Notes under the pieces: model-generated
What the model was told of the DNA's origin: nothing
Database searches by the model: none
The model's input: the letters and a program-made list of their open reading frames with translations, nothing else
Part shown: positions 1 through 12,500 of the stretch, piece after piece
Layout of the letters: each line of letters begins with the position of its first letter
Position numbering within the stretch: the first letter of the stretch is position 1
Position numbers and translations under genes: made by a program
Assembly: GCA_002269645.1 (NCBI GenBank)
Contig: NIVC01003907.1
Span: 1-64,000 of the forward strand
Direction: 5' to 3'
Origin: Macrostomum lignano
Lineage: Eukaryota
Length of the DNA stretch: 64,000 nt

Positions 1-1066
1 CTACAAGTGCATGTGTTTTTTCTATTTTCTCAAGCCTTTGATGTGCCACCAAAATCCACCTCGAATGCTTTGATATGCCGCCACGAACATCTCAAATCCT
101 TTTATATGCCGCCATGAACGCCTCAAATCTTGTGATGTGCCGCCACTTTTCCTCAAATCATTTGATGTACCGCCTCGATCCACCTCGAATGCTTTGATGT
201 GCCGCCTCGATCCACCTCGAATCCTTTGATGTGCCGCCTCGATCCACCTCGAATCCTTTGGTGTGCCGCCTCGATCCACCTCGAATCCTGTGACCCACCC
301 GCACTCCAGGTACAGTCCCCGCCCAGCCTGGAGTCCATCCTAAGCAACATGCGCGCCGAGCAGTCCGAGATCAACTCCCGCCGACTCGAACTCATCGAGG
401 AGTTGAGCAGCTTAGCCCCGCCCAACGCCTGCAAGTCTGGGGTGGCTGCCTGGCACCAAAAAATGCAGCAAGTCTGCAAGATGCTGGGTACGTGGCAATC
501 TGCTTTCTACTAATTAGACTACTAATAGTAACGTGAGGCAACACTCTAAAGCGCAGGGTGCACACCTGCCCCTGAATTTCTCACGAGGCCTATGGCTACG
601 GACTCTTTAGAGTATAAACTGATGGAAAGTTTTTGAAGGCCTAATTGGCGTAAACCATTAAAAACCTCTAAGACTCAATCAGTGGCGTGCCAGGAGTTTT
701 CATTGGAGGGAGTCGCAACCCTAAAGGGCGCCAGCCAATATTTGGTGTCTTGGCGTGCGCGTCCTTACCCAGTCTCTCAGGCCGGTGGATGCCACGTCCT
801 AAGACAGCTTAGCTGACTCTTTCAATCTGTTTTTTTAAGAAGCGCAATTTTGAATTGGGGCGATTGGCCCAAGGTTGCGCAGGCCACTGGGGCTCAATGA
901 AGACTTGCCTTGATGATGAAAGCTCTTACTGTAGTAAACTTACGAAACGGGAGACTAAAAAACAACGCATTGCATCCACTGCGGCTTCAGACGAGACCAA
1001 CCAGAAGTACCTGCAGCAGGTGTACGAAGACTACGAGAGAGTCTGCCAGCACTGCCTGGAGGCCAT
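1..1066 (+). pseudogene. Truncated duplicate of CCDC180 (exon 4 at 310-487, exon 5 partial at 991-1066)
   Basis: Near-identical to 8991-10060 (4 single-base deletions plus a few substitutions). Identity stops abruptly mid-exon after GAGGCCAT at 1066. Confidence 0.85.
36..290. repeat. ~32-bp minisatellite (CCTTTGATGTGCCGCCTCGATCCACCTCGAAT), duplicated copy
   Basis: CACCTCGAAT recurs at 181, 213 and 245. The same array is at 9026-9280. Confidence 0.85.
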
Positions 1067-1245
1067 AAATGCTAGATAATCGTTGCTAAGGGAAATCCCA
1101 ATGCTAGACATTAGTTGCTAAGGGAAATCCAAATGCTAGATAATGGTTGCTAACGGAAATCCCAATGTCAAATGATGGTTGCTAAGGGAAATTCAATATG
1201 GTTGCTAAGGGCAGTTTCTTATGGTTGCTAAGGGAATCCCAATGT
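1067..1245. repeat. ~29-30-bp minisatellite (AATGCTAGATAATGGTTGCTAAGGGAAATCCC-like) at the duplication junction
   Basis: GTTGCTAAGGGAAATCC recurs about 6 times immediately after the breakpoint. Confidence 0.8.
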
Positions 1246-1560
1246 CACAATGTCCCAATCCCAAGGAGGAAGGAGAACTCTACCAATTTTATTGAGCAGC
1301 TAGCTGATTTTTGCCAAGGAAATTCTTCTAAACTGTTTTGATCCCTCCGTCTGTACAAAAAGCTTTACGATGTGGGTATAAAAGGAATATTTAGATTGCT
1401 AAATTTCTGCACAAAAGTAAAAACAGTCTCAATAGAGCTTTGCCCAGCAAAGTGAAATAAAGATGTGCACACCGAGCACTGCAGAGGTTAAAATGAGTAA
1501 TGAAGGTGCGAGCCCAACGCAAACGAATAAAATATTCCTGCTGTAAAATCGTGTAAAAAT

Positions 1561-2080
1561 GCACACACACGGGCACTGACACTGCACACACACGGGCACT
1601 GACACTGCACACAGGCACTGACACAGCACACAGGCACCGACACTGCACACAGGCACCGACACTGCACACACAGGCACTGACACTGCACGCACAGGCACTG
1701 ACACAGCACACAGGCACCGACACTGCACACAGGCACCGACACTGCACACACAGGCACCGACACTGCACACACACGGGCACTGACACTGCACACAGGCACT
1801 GACACAGCACACAGGCACCGACACTGCACACACAGGCACCGACACTGCACACACACGGGCACTGACACTGCACACAGGCACTGACACAGCACACAGGCAC
1901 CGACACTGCACACACAGGCATCGACACTGCACACAGGCATCGACACTGCACACAGGCATCGACACTGCACACAGGCATCGACACTGCACACGCAGGCATC
2001 GACACTGCACACACAGGCACCGACACTGCACACAGGCACCGACACTGCACACAGGCACCGACACTGCACACACAGGCACT
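1561..2080. repeat. 18-22-bp minisatellite (CACACAGGCACCGACACTGCA)
   Basis: Directly visible tandem array. Confidence 0.9.
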
Positions 2081-2187
2081 GGTACCAGGGATAAAAGTCA
2101 GCACAGCTGAGGATCACAAATCAAAGTCATTATGTATCAGCAAAAGCCACATCAAAGATTCCCCAAGCAGTCAGTTGCAGGTCTCAC

Positions 2188-2378
2188 TCAAACTGCAAAT
2201 GCTTTAATCCGCCGATGTCGCTGCCACCATTATTACTACTATCGCCGCCATCCACAGCAGTAGTATCTGAGGCAGTTCTTGTGGCGTCGCCATCGCCTCG
2301 GAGGCTGACCAGCTGCAGCTGGGAGCCGCCCTGCGCCATGCCCGCAGCTGGGTCCTCTGCGCTGGGCAGGCTTTCAGT
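2188..2378 (-). CDS. Candidate alternative (mutually exclusive) linker exon of V-ATPase subunit a
   Basis: GC-rich open frame TESLPSAEDPAAGMAQGG...IGGLKHLQF between acceptor ...ttcaacaag and donor gtgaga. 191 nt, phase 0 to 2, the same phases as exon 3264-3170. Confidence 0.35.
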
Positions 2379-2569
2379 CTTGTTGAAAGCATTTTTTTAA
2401 GAAAACGGTTACAACATCCTCTCAATACTACCTAGTGAAGTATTTATTGTTTTATCATAACTTAAACTCACAAGGGTTTTACGTTGATTGCCTTAAGAAT
2501 TTGATTTTTTCTACTTTATAAAGTTTCTAAAATAAAAAAAAACGATTGTGTCAAGCTTTTTAAATCCCC

Positions 2570-2862
2570 AACCCTCCCAATTACCCCATTTTCCCAATCC
2601 ACAAACTTCCCAATCCACAAACTTCCCAATCCACAAACTTCCTAATCCACAAACCTCACAATTCACAATCTTCCCAATCGACAAGCTTCCCAATCTACAA
2701 GCTTCCCAATCCAAAATCTTCCCAATCCAAAATCTTCCCAATCCACAATCTTCCCAATCCAAAATCTTCCCAATCCAAAATCTTCCCAATCCAAAATCTT
2801 CCCAATCCACAATCTTCCCAATCCACAATCTTCCCAATCCAAAATATTTCCAATCCAAAATC
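2570..2862. repeat. ~16-17-bp minisatellite (AATCTTCCCAATCCAA)
   Basis: Directly visible tandem array. Confidence 0.9.
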
Positions 2863-3169
2863 TTCCCTTTTTAATTACTTCGATTCCTCAACCTGAAATC
2901 CGCAGCCGCGGCCGCAGCACTCAACAGAAAATGGATTGACAATAAATTTATGCAAAAGAGTGCAGGACAACACTGAAACTGAAAAACTAGGATTCTAATA
3001 ATGCAACAACAATAATAAAATATTCAAAAGTACATCGTCTACTTCTCTCAAGACGAACTAAAAGGAAATTGAGGTACACGTAGACAACATTTAAATATTT
3101 AATATATTGCATTTTCTATAAACGTATGAGTGATGCGAGGTTGCCATAGCAACAAAGCCAGGCACTCAC

Positions 3170-4313
3170 TGCAGTCGAAGGCCAGCTGCCTGACCACCAG
3201 CCATCATGCCCTCCTCGGTCATGAGGCCGACTGCCTCTTCGGTCATGTGCTGGTCGTGCAACGCCTTCGAGTATGTGATGTTTTGACCAGGGTTACTTTT
3301 TTGGTAGCTGTTTTTGAAGCTTACTACTTACAGTAGGTGAAAAGAGAATTAAAAACACGAAAAACTATTTTTAGGACTATTAGAAGATACTATACTTGTC
3401 TTTCATGTATAAGGATTTCCTTGGGTCAGGCATCTGTGCTCATGGTAGGAAATCGCACATGCCCCAGTCAGGAATGTGTGCTCATGTGAGGGAATCGCAC
3501 ATGCCCCAGTCAGGAATGTGTGCTCATGTGAGGGAATCGCACATGCCCCAGTCAGGAATGTGTGCTCATGTGAGGGAATCGCACATGCCCCAGTCAGGAA
3601 TGTGTGCTCATGTGAGGGAATCGCACATGCCCCAGTCAGGAATGTGTGCTCATGTGAGGGAATCGCACATGCCCCAGTCAGGAATGTGTGCTCATGTGAG
3701 GGAATCGCACATGCCCCAGTCAGGAATGTGTGCTCATGTGAGGGAATCGCACATGCCCCAGTCAGGAATGTGGGCTCATGTGAGGGAATCGCACATGCCC
3801 CAGTAAGGCAGAGTGCAGAGCAACTGGGAATTATTCCACCCGTTTCCAGATGTACTTTTGCAAATAGCCACACCGCTACCGCCCGCTCACCTCTTCAAAG
3901 AAGGTCTGCGTCTTGCGCAGGATGTGCTTCAGCTCGGTGAGTTCCAGGAAATTCTTCTTCAACGATTCGGCGTAGGCGTTCACCTCGCGAAGCTCGTTCT
4001 CCAGCTTCTCCAGGGTGGCCTCCAGATCGACCATCTCGCGCGGGTTCGGAGCCTCGGGGTTGTCGCCGGTGTCAAGGATGGGGATGCCGTCTTTGCGGAT
4101 CTCCTTCTCCAGGTAGCGCAGCTTCCGCTCCATCTCGTCGCAGCGGCGGATTTCGTTGACAAATTTCCTCTGGAAGGCGTTGGTGTCGGGCTTGAGGTCG
4201 CGGAACTGCACCAGGCCGAGCTCCCCCAGCTCCGACACGCAGGCGTAGGCAGCTTCAGCCTGCAGGAACAGTTGGCAGAGGGTCATCTCCTGACTGCGGA
4301 ACAGGTCGCCCAT
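3170..4313 (-). CDS. ATP6V0A1: V-type proton ATPase 116 kDa subunit a, 5' exons only (4313-3891, 3264-3170)
   Basis: [40 protein letters not shown]...[12 protein letters not shown] is the canonical subunit a N-terminus. Donor FEE|gtgagc; exon 2 ALHDQH...GLRL|gtgagt. The downstream FVAGVI exon was not found in the window. The symbol is family-level only. Confidence 0.93.
3425..3803. repeat. 42-bp minisatellite, ~9 near-perfect copies, in V-ATPase intron 1
   Basis: Unit GTCAGGAATGTGTGCTCATGTGAGGGAATCGCACATGCCCCA. Confidence 0.95.
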
Positions 4314-6555
4314 GGTTGCTGGTCAAACTGTTTTTACAAGTTCTGATGCAAGTAGAACTGCTGGGAACCAAATCTGAAGTTATATTCAATTTGTATGTAG
4401 ATTTCCCCTAAAAAATCAATTCAGTTTTTAAAAAAGTTTAAATAAAAAATTTTAAGGACTTTCTTAATTATCTTGAAAGATTCTTATAAAAGTGAAAAAC
4501 TGATTAAAAATGCCATTAAGGCAGTTTCTGTGAGTGCTGTACTTTGGTATACGATTTTTAATCTCACTATTTGAAGCAGTTACAATGCATTTTAATAAAA
4601 AATTTTTATTATATTCTAGATATAATAAAAGCTTACAAAAGTTAGATATTGCACTGGTATAATTTTCAATATAGCAGCTAAATTTCAAAGGGAAACCCAA
4701 TTCAATTTTCTGCTACAATTTTAAAATAAATAGATAACCTTTAAAATTAAATACTAATACTAATAAGTAGATCATAGATATATCTTAGATCTATAACTTA
4801 AAATAAAACCATTACATTAGTACTTGTTGACTTGGACCAAATGTAACAGAAGGATTTTAGAGGCCTTCGAACCAAAATTTGGCTCCTTGGATCACAGCAC
4901 ACTATTTTATTAGCACTATAGCAAATTGTCAAAATGTCGAAAACTTTGATTTAACTCAAGAATATAAAAGTTTTGTGATATTGATATATAAAGCTATAGA
5001 GTTATCTGTGAACCTATCTATAACTCAAAGGAATATATAAAAAGATTATAGGTAGCAAGTGTCATGAATAAGTATCATAGCTTCATGAAAATTGTACTTT
5101 AACTTTCACCAAACCATTAGAATAAGTGTCAAAATACACTTCCTTCAATTAATCATTGATAACATAACAGTGTTCAACTGACAAGAAATAAAAATTTTAC
5201 CAGAAAAATGTGTTTTCCAATGACCTCAAGTATGCTGAAATGCCAGAAAACACTATTTACTCAAGCATATAAAGCATAAACCAGAAGCAGCTACAGTGAT
5301 CCACAAAATTTTGCATTCGAAGAAAAAAAATAAGATTTTATTAAAAATCTAAAATGTTTAATTTGCCTCATCGCGGCGATAATTTCACGTATACAAACAA
5401 AGTTTTAAAATAATTATTTGTCGCTAAAGCGCAAAGTCTAACGCGCAAGTATATAGTTTTTCTAAGGTTTTTATTGCAATCGATACGTTTACATTTACTT
5501 TACAACTCTTAGTGGTTGATGTTGACGCTGCTTCAACAACGGCAGATTTAAATTGCGTAATGATGCAGGTTTTTTAATTATTTTATATCGACGCTAAAAA
5601 CGATATAGTTCGCAAATAATCTTGATTTTGTGTCTAAAAATAACCATCTTCATAAAAAATGCTTTTTGTGTTTGTTAGCCATCAATAGAGCAAAACTTCT
5701 ATACAAACATTCTCAATGAATCATTCAATACGAGTCATACTTGAAAATTAAGATCATGAAGAAGGAGCACTGTCGAAATATGTAACAGTTTAGTTGATTA
5801 TATGTTGCTCTCGAACTCGAAACGGAAAACACTGTTCATTTTTTAATTAGTACATAAGTTTAATTTGATTTTGAAGTTCATATTTACCGTGTCAACTTCA
5901 ATTAGTTTGAGTTTAGTATTGCCTAACATTATTTAGCGGAATGGGCGACGCTCGCCTCCCCGCTGCATCTTCGGACCGCCCTGCAGCTGCCTAACATTAT
6001 TTCCAATTAATTCATGTTCCTTTTTAAGTTGTTACATGTTGCAATGCTTTATGTTAAAAATAGAATTTTAAGAACTCAGCATCAATTTTCAGGAGTTAAA
6101 AGCATTGGCCTTCAACCTTAGTAGAAAATTTTTTTAATATTATTCCTTGCCATCATTTTAACAGCAGCATTTATGCAAACTTATATTTTAAAAATAGGGA
6201 CTAAACTATGCCCTAAATCATAAAAAAGGAAAAGTAACTTTCATAGAAATGAAATACAACCTTTTGGGTGCGTGTATAGGCATGCTTTTGATTCATATTA
6301 TTTTTAATTGACTGAGGGTTAATGAAGTTATATTTCAAATATTTTTTTCCTTATTTTAAGCGCTCTAATATTGGTAAAAATTATTTTTTTAATTATGGTG
6401 AAAAATCTCCCACGTGGTATTTTAGGATTCGATCAGGCCGGTCAGAATTTTAATAACCTAAGTTGATTCATTCCCACAGAACCCAGAGCTGTTAGGTCAC
6501 TGCAGCTCTATTTCTATTAAGCCACAGCACAGAGAGACCCAATAAGTCAGGCACA
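4314..6555. promoter_or_regulatory. AT-rich divergent intergenic region between the V-ATPase a and CCDC180 start codons (putative bidirectional promoter/5' UTRs)
   Basis: Head-to-head ATGs at 4313(-) and 6556(+). No specific motif is claimed. Confidence 0.45.
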
Positions 6556-9500
6556 ATGGAAGTGGAGGTGGCTCATCCCTCCCAGCCTAACGCTAGCAGA
6601 TTTGACGAGTCAGCAGCCGCCGCCATGTCGCTGCCGCAGCCGCCGGCGCCGCAGCAGCGGTCGGGCAACACGCGCAGCGGCCACACCAGCCTGCAGCAGA
6701 AGCGTCCAGCGCCCGTCGATGGCTCCAAAATTCTGCGTAACGATGAAGTTTACCGCCAGCTGTTCGAGGCGCAGGTGCAGCTCACGGATCAGCTGGCCGG
6801 CACCCGGTGGTGGCGCGAGAACAAGCCGGCCGTGAAGCAGGTGAAGTCCTCCCGGGACCTCAGCCTGCCGGTGGTCCGCAACGCCGCCCCAGCCACCAGC
6901 CGCGGCATGCTGGCCGGCCGTCAGGCCGATTGGACGCGCGCCTTGGAGAACGACGGCCGCACGGAGAACCCGGTTGTGGCCAGGCAGACGGCGGAGTGGC
7001 TGGACCTGGTGTCGGCCGAGACCGAGTCCGGCCAGCACGCCACCGAGGTGGCCGACCTGCCCGATCAGGTGAGCTGAAACATTCAAGCTGGCTGTAGGAC
7101 ACCGAAAACTTGAGCACCATCATGGATACGGAAGCAAAAGCCCCGGGCCGAACCCACTGAAATCGATAGTTTGTCGGGCCACTCGGCTAAAGAAAGGCCA
7201 TAAAGACCAACAGCACTTGGCGTGACTCAAGACGCTAAGCAGTTGAATGGGAGTTTTAATAAATAAGCATTTTAATCTCGCCGAAGAGTCGTAGTGCAGA
7301 TCATTGAGTATTGCAAGTACTCTCGTGCATGTAGACAGTCGAGATTGGTGTTTCTGTCCGATCGGATGTCCGATGTCCGTGTGACTCTACTATAAATTTT
7401 TTGTTTCATTCTATAGCCTTAAGTTGGTAGCCTATGGTCGTAGTCTAGAGGGGTTTTAGCCGAGTGTTTAGAGTGTCTGACTTAAACAACTGAAAGGTCG
7501 AAGGTTCGATTCTCGACCCACTTGGAACAATTTGTGTCGTTGAGCAAGACACTTAACTCTGCATTGCATCAGTTCAGTTGTAATATGGGTGCCAGCATTA
7601 GCTGGGGGTAAGTGAGGGTGTGCATGTGTGGTGACTTCCCGGTCCTTCAACTGAACAGCCGTACGCATCCTTCAGATGCGCTGCGTAATAGCTGCGGCTG
7701 AGCTGTCGGTTGCACGTCTGCACATTAGGGCAGGTGTACTCAATCTCAACTTAGGGCAGGTTCACCCGCTCTGCTCTGAGGGATGTCGAAGAATTCATAA
7801 TCGGTCTTCTTCAAACACCAACATCCCAGGTCCGACCGTCAAAACTGCGCTCCGACGTGATCGACCGGATCAAAGAGAAGCGACGCGAACGACACAACCT
7901 CACACTGGAGGAGATGCACCAGGAGCTCTATCAGGTCGGCGTCACCTTCGAGCCGCTGATTGTCCAGCGTTGCCAGAGCCTACACGAGACGCTGGCCAAG
8001 CTCGAGGAGGAGCTGGACCGTCGGCTGAGCCCGCTGGCGACCAACGAGTCGCTGATGGCGCTGGACCAGCACCAGCTGCTCGGCCTGTGGCAGGGCGTCG
8101 CGGAGGTCTTCGCCGATAGACGCAACGCCATCGGCAGCCTCGACGAAGACCTGCTGGGTGAGCGGTGCCGGGTTTCAGAACTCATATCATCTGCAGATTT
8201 TTCTACAAATGTTACCTCAAACATCTCAGAACTTCCCATATCCTGGATGATTTATTTTGTTAAATGTACAATTTTATTGGAAGATTCGAGTCCCCACTTC
8301 TCCCCCGTGTAGAGTGTGGTGTTTCGGGAAATAAGTTCGCAATGAGCTGCACGTCTTTCCTGGAAATATTTCATCTTATTTACATTTAGATCGGCTGCTT
8401 AATTTCTAAGAAAACGCACTCGAAAGGCTTAATTTCATTAAAGTCATTAATTCTGGATGTTCTGTGTCTTGGAAATCTCATGCATCGCATACTCATCGAA
8501 ATAAGTGCATTCTGAAACCTGAATTTCCTGGAAAATATTTCGCACGCGTTTTGAATGATTTTCAAGCCTCAAACCCCGCCCCCAGCCCTGGAGTCCGACC
8601 GGGTCACCGAGATCCGCCGGGTGTTCCACTCCTACAGCGAGGTCCTGGAACGCGTCAGCCACCTGGCGCCAGCCGAGCTGCACCGGATCGTGGACGACGA
8701 GGCTGTGCAGATGAACCAGACCCTGCTGGGCAACCAGCGCAGCTTCGCGGACCTCAACGCTCGATTGGTCATGTCCGAGCTGGACAGAGAGCGCCGGATG
8801 CGCGCCCATTGGCAGGACAAAATTACCGAGTGGCGCGCCGGACACGTGGAGGTCGCCGTGGCCGGATTTCATCAGTTCGTGCAGAGCCCGCAGGTAAGAT
8901 TCAATTAGCTCCTATTGGTGCCTTATCTTGCCGATCAAATGATCAAATCTTGCTGATCAAATGCCGAGCTAGCAATTTTTAGAATCGTAACTACAAGTGC
9001 ATGTGTTTTTTCTATTTTCTCAAGCCTTTGATGTGCCACCAAAATCCACCTCGAATGCTTTGATATGCCGCCACGAACATCTCAAATCCTTTTATATGCC
9101 GCCATGAACGCCTCAAATCTTGTGATGTGCCGCCACTTTTCCTCAAATCATTTGATGTACCGCCTCGATCCACCTCGAATGCTTTGATGTGCCGCCTCGA
9201 TCCACCTCGAATCCTTTGATGTGCCGCCTCGATCCACCTCGAATCCTTTGGTGTGCCGCCTCGATCCACCTCGAATCCTGTGACCCACCCCGCACTCCAG
9301 GTACAGTCCCCGCCCAGCCTGGAGTCCATCCTAAGCAACATGCGCGCCGAGCAGTCCGAGATCAACTCCCGCCGACTCGAACTCATCGAGGAGTTGAGCA
9401 GCTTAGCCCCGCCCAACGCCTGCAAGTCTGGGGTGGCTGCCTGGCACCAAAAAATGCAGCAAGTCTGCAAGATGCTGGGTACGTGGCAATCTGCTGTTCT

Positions 9501-12500
9501 ACTAATTAGACTACTAATAGTAACGTGAGGCAACACTCTAAAGCGCAGGGTGCACACCTGCCCCTGAATTTCTCACGAGGCCTATGGCTACGGACTCTTT
9601 AGAGTATAAACTGATGGAAAGTTTTTGAAGGCCTAATTGGCGTAAACCATTAAAAACCTCTAAGACTCAATCAGTGGCGTGCCCAGGAGTTTTCATTGGA
9701 GGGAGTCGCAACCCTAAAGGGCGCCAGCCAATATTTGGTGTCTTGGCGTGCGCGTCCTTACCCCAGTCTCTTAGGCCGGTGGATGCCACGTCCTAAGACA
9801 GCTTAGCTGACTCTTTCAATCTATTTTTTTAAGAAGCGCAATTTTGAATTGGGGCGATTGGCCCAAGGTTGCGCAGGCCACTGGGGCTCAATGAAGACTT
9901 GCCTTGATGATGAAAGCTCTTACTGTAGTAAACTTACGAAACCGGAGACTAAAAAACAACGCATTGCATCCACTGCGGCTTCAGACGAGACCAACCAGAA
10001 GTACCTGCAGCAGGTGTACGAAGACTACGAGAGAGTCTGCCAGCACTGCCTGGAGGCCATGGACCAGCTCAAGCAGGGCCTGGTGAGCGACGGCGTGTCC
10101 ACTGAGCAGGAGGCGGACGCCATGGTCAAGGAGCGCTGCCTGCCGCTCATCAGCGCGCAGCAGCGCGTGTTCGAGGAGCGACTGGAGGCTATGGATGTGA
10201 GCTGCAGATGGAAATTCTACCCTGAACCCTACCCGGATTTCTCCCATGTCAAAATAACATGCCCAGTAATTTACTCATTTCTACGATAATCTCCCCACAG
10301 TAGATTTTCCCAGCTCTCCGAAATCCTACTGGGTTTTCCCCGCCAAATTGGGGTTGCACAAAATTCTCCCTTGGCCTGCATAGAAAACCCCAATTACCCC
10401 TTATCGCAGCGTCTATTTGAGGCCAACGCCAAGCGAATCGGCGTCCAGTTGAAGTCGCTGTACAAGCTGGCACAGGGCGCCGCGCACCTGTGGGATCGGC
10501 ATCAGCTCGACCTCGCCGGCCTTGAGCGCACCCTGGTAGAGCGCCTGGACGCCAACCGGGAGCAGCACAACCGGCAGAACCAGGACCGGGAAGCCCAGCT
10601 GGACGTCGTGATGGACAAGCTCCGCCAGGAGTCCACGGAGGCCGGCCTGAAGCACCAGCTCAGCCGGGCGCTGGACACGCTGAAGGCCATCGAGGGCACG
10701 TACCGGAAGTTCAAAGACGAACAGCTGGTTGAGGTTCGAACCTACCCGAAACTGGTCGAAGAAGAGGTCGAAAACCTGGAACGAGCGGTCTGCGAGTACT
10801 TCGGACTGGAGAGAGCGGACAAGAAGAAGGTGAGCTTTCTGCAGTGGACTCCCTCCTCCAATTCACCTTTGATTAGTGGCGACCATAGCGACAAAAGTAT
10901 GATTAACTTGATCCTTTCATGTTCCGTGTCTCTCAGCAAAACCTTAAATTTACTGACTGCAATCTGTGCTTCATTTGATGCACGTTGTGACGCCTCCTGA
11001 CTCACAGCAGTGACACCTCCTGACACACAGTTGTGGCGCCTCCTGACACACAGTTGTGGCGCCTCCTGACTCACAGCAGTGACACCTCCTGACACACAGT
11101 TGTGGCGCCTCCTGACACACAGTTGTGGCGCCTCCTGACTCACAGCTGTGACACCTCCTGACACACAGTTGTGGCGCCTCCTGACACACAGTTGTGGCGC
11201 CTCCTGACACACAGTTGTGGCGCCTCCTGACTCACAGCTGTGACACCTCCTGACACACAGTTGTGGCGCCTCCTGACACACAGTTGTGGCGCCTCCTGAC
11301 TCACAGCTGTGACACCTCCTGACACACAGTTGTGGCGCCTCCTGACTCAGCTGTGACACCTCCTGACGCACAGTTGTGGCGCCTCCTGACACACAGCTGT
11401 GACACTCCTGACACACAGTTGTGGCGCCTCCTGATACACAGTTGTGGCGCCTCCTGACACACAGTTGTGGCGCCCCCTGACACAGTTGTAGCGCCTCCTG
11501 ACACACAGTTATTGCACCCTGACTCGCATTTTTGCCCTCCAGAAACCCAGTTGTGGCGCTTCCCTGACGAATCAATTTCCTCTGACTATATTTATGATTT
11601 TCAATTGACTTAACCGCCTCCGACTTTGTCTGAATTGTTTGGTCAATCAGTCGGATTCCGAGGAGGCCTCAGAGCCCGATAATGCCGACACAGCCCCCCA
11701 GCCTTATCAGGCTGACAGAGTGGGCGCTGGGTCTCAACCGGACGCTCAGCTGCAGGTTGGTTGCAGACGTTGTCAAATTTTCCTGTATAGTTTTACTATC
11801 GCTGCAATCTTTCCTGCACTGCCTTAACATTTTTTGCGATACACAAAGACTCATTTTGTACCTGCATGTCACAGTGACAATACTCTATTTAAATCTTTAA
11901 CTTATTTTTTCCGCTACTTCTATAGCTCCTACAATTTAATCGGAAATCACACTCACGTATTTTCACAATAATTCTGTGCTGCATATTTATACAATTGGAA
12001 TTTATATACGGACCTATTAGAAACTCAATATTGGCCAATTGCTAAAATTTTCTAATAAAATGCATTTACTTCTACTTTCTTATGGGCATACGAGTGCGCA
12101 CGAATTCCTAAATTTTTATGCTGCGCCAAAATCTTCTATACGACGTAGTTTTAAAACAGACAGTCCAAGCCGTAAATTCCTGGATAATTTAGCAAACTTA
12201 GTGCGTAAACAACTTGTTTTCGATGCAGTCTGTTATGATGTACTTTAGCGAGCACCACTGAGAATGTACATGGCTGAGGGAGGCAATAAAATGGGGATGG
12301 GACGCTCCCGGGTACGGAGAGAGGGAGGAGAGGCTGCGTGCGGTCAGAGGGTTTGAACTGGGGGTAAGAGGAGATCGATAAATGAACCAATAGGAAGTCA
12401 CGAGGAGGAAAGAGAGGATTGCATTGTACATAGCGTAGTCAAAGATGTGCTAAATAAAATCAATTATAAAATTTACTTCGCGCAGAAATTTAACCTAAAA

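Noticed and set aside
680-800. CAGTGGCG-type small DNA element (also at 9670-9790)
   Set aside because: The right terminus is degenerate and no convincing TSD was found.
1391-2117. Long Cys/Val-rich ORFs, and similar periodic ORFs at 3396-3940, 10742-11575, 12574-13023, 47644-48088, 52565-54595 and 60219-60656
   Set aside because: They are translations of minisatellites, open in several frames and on both strands, with no splice or domain support.
3425-3803. CRISPR-like array of 42-bp repeats
   Set aside because: The units are contiguous with no unique spacers, there are no cas genes, and the context is eukaryotic.
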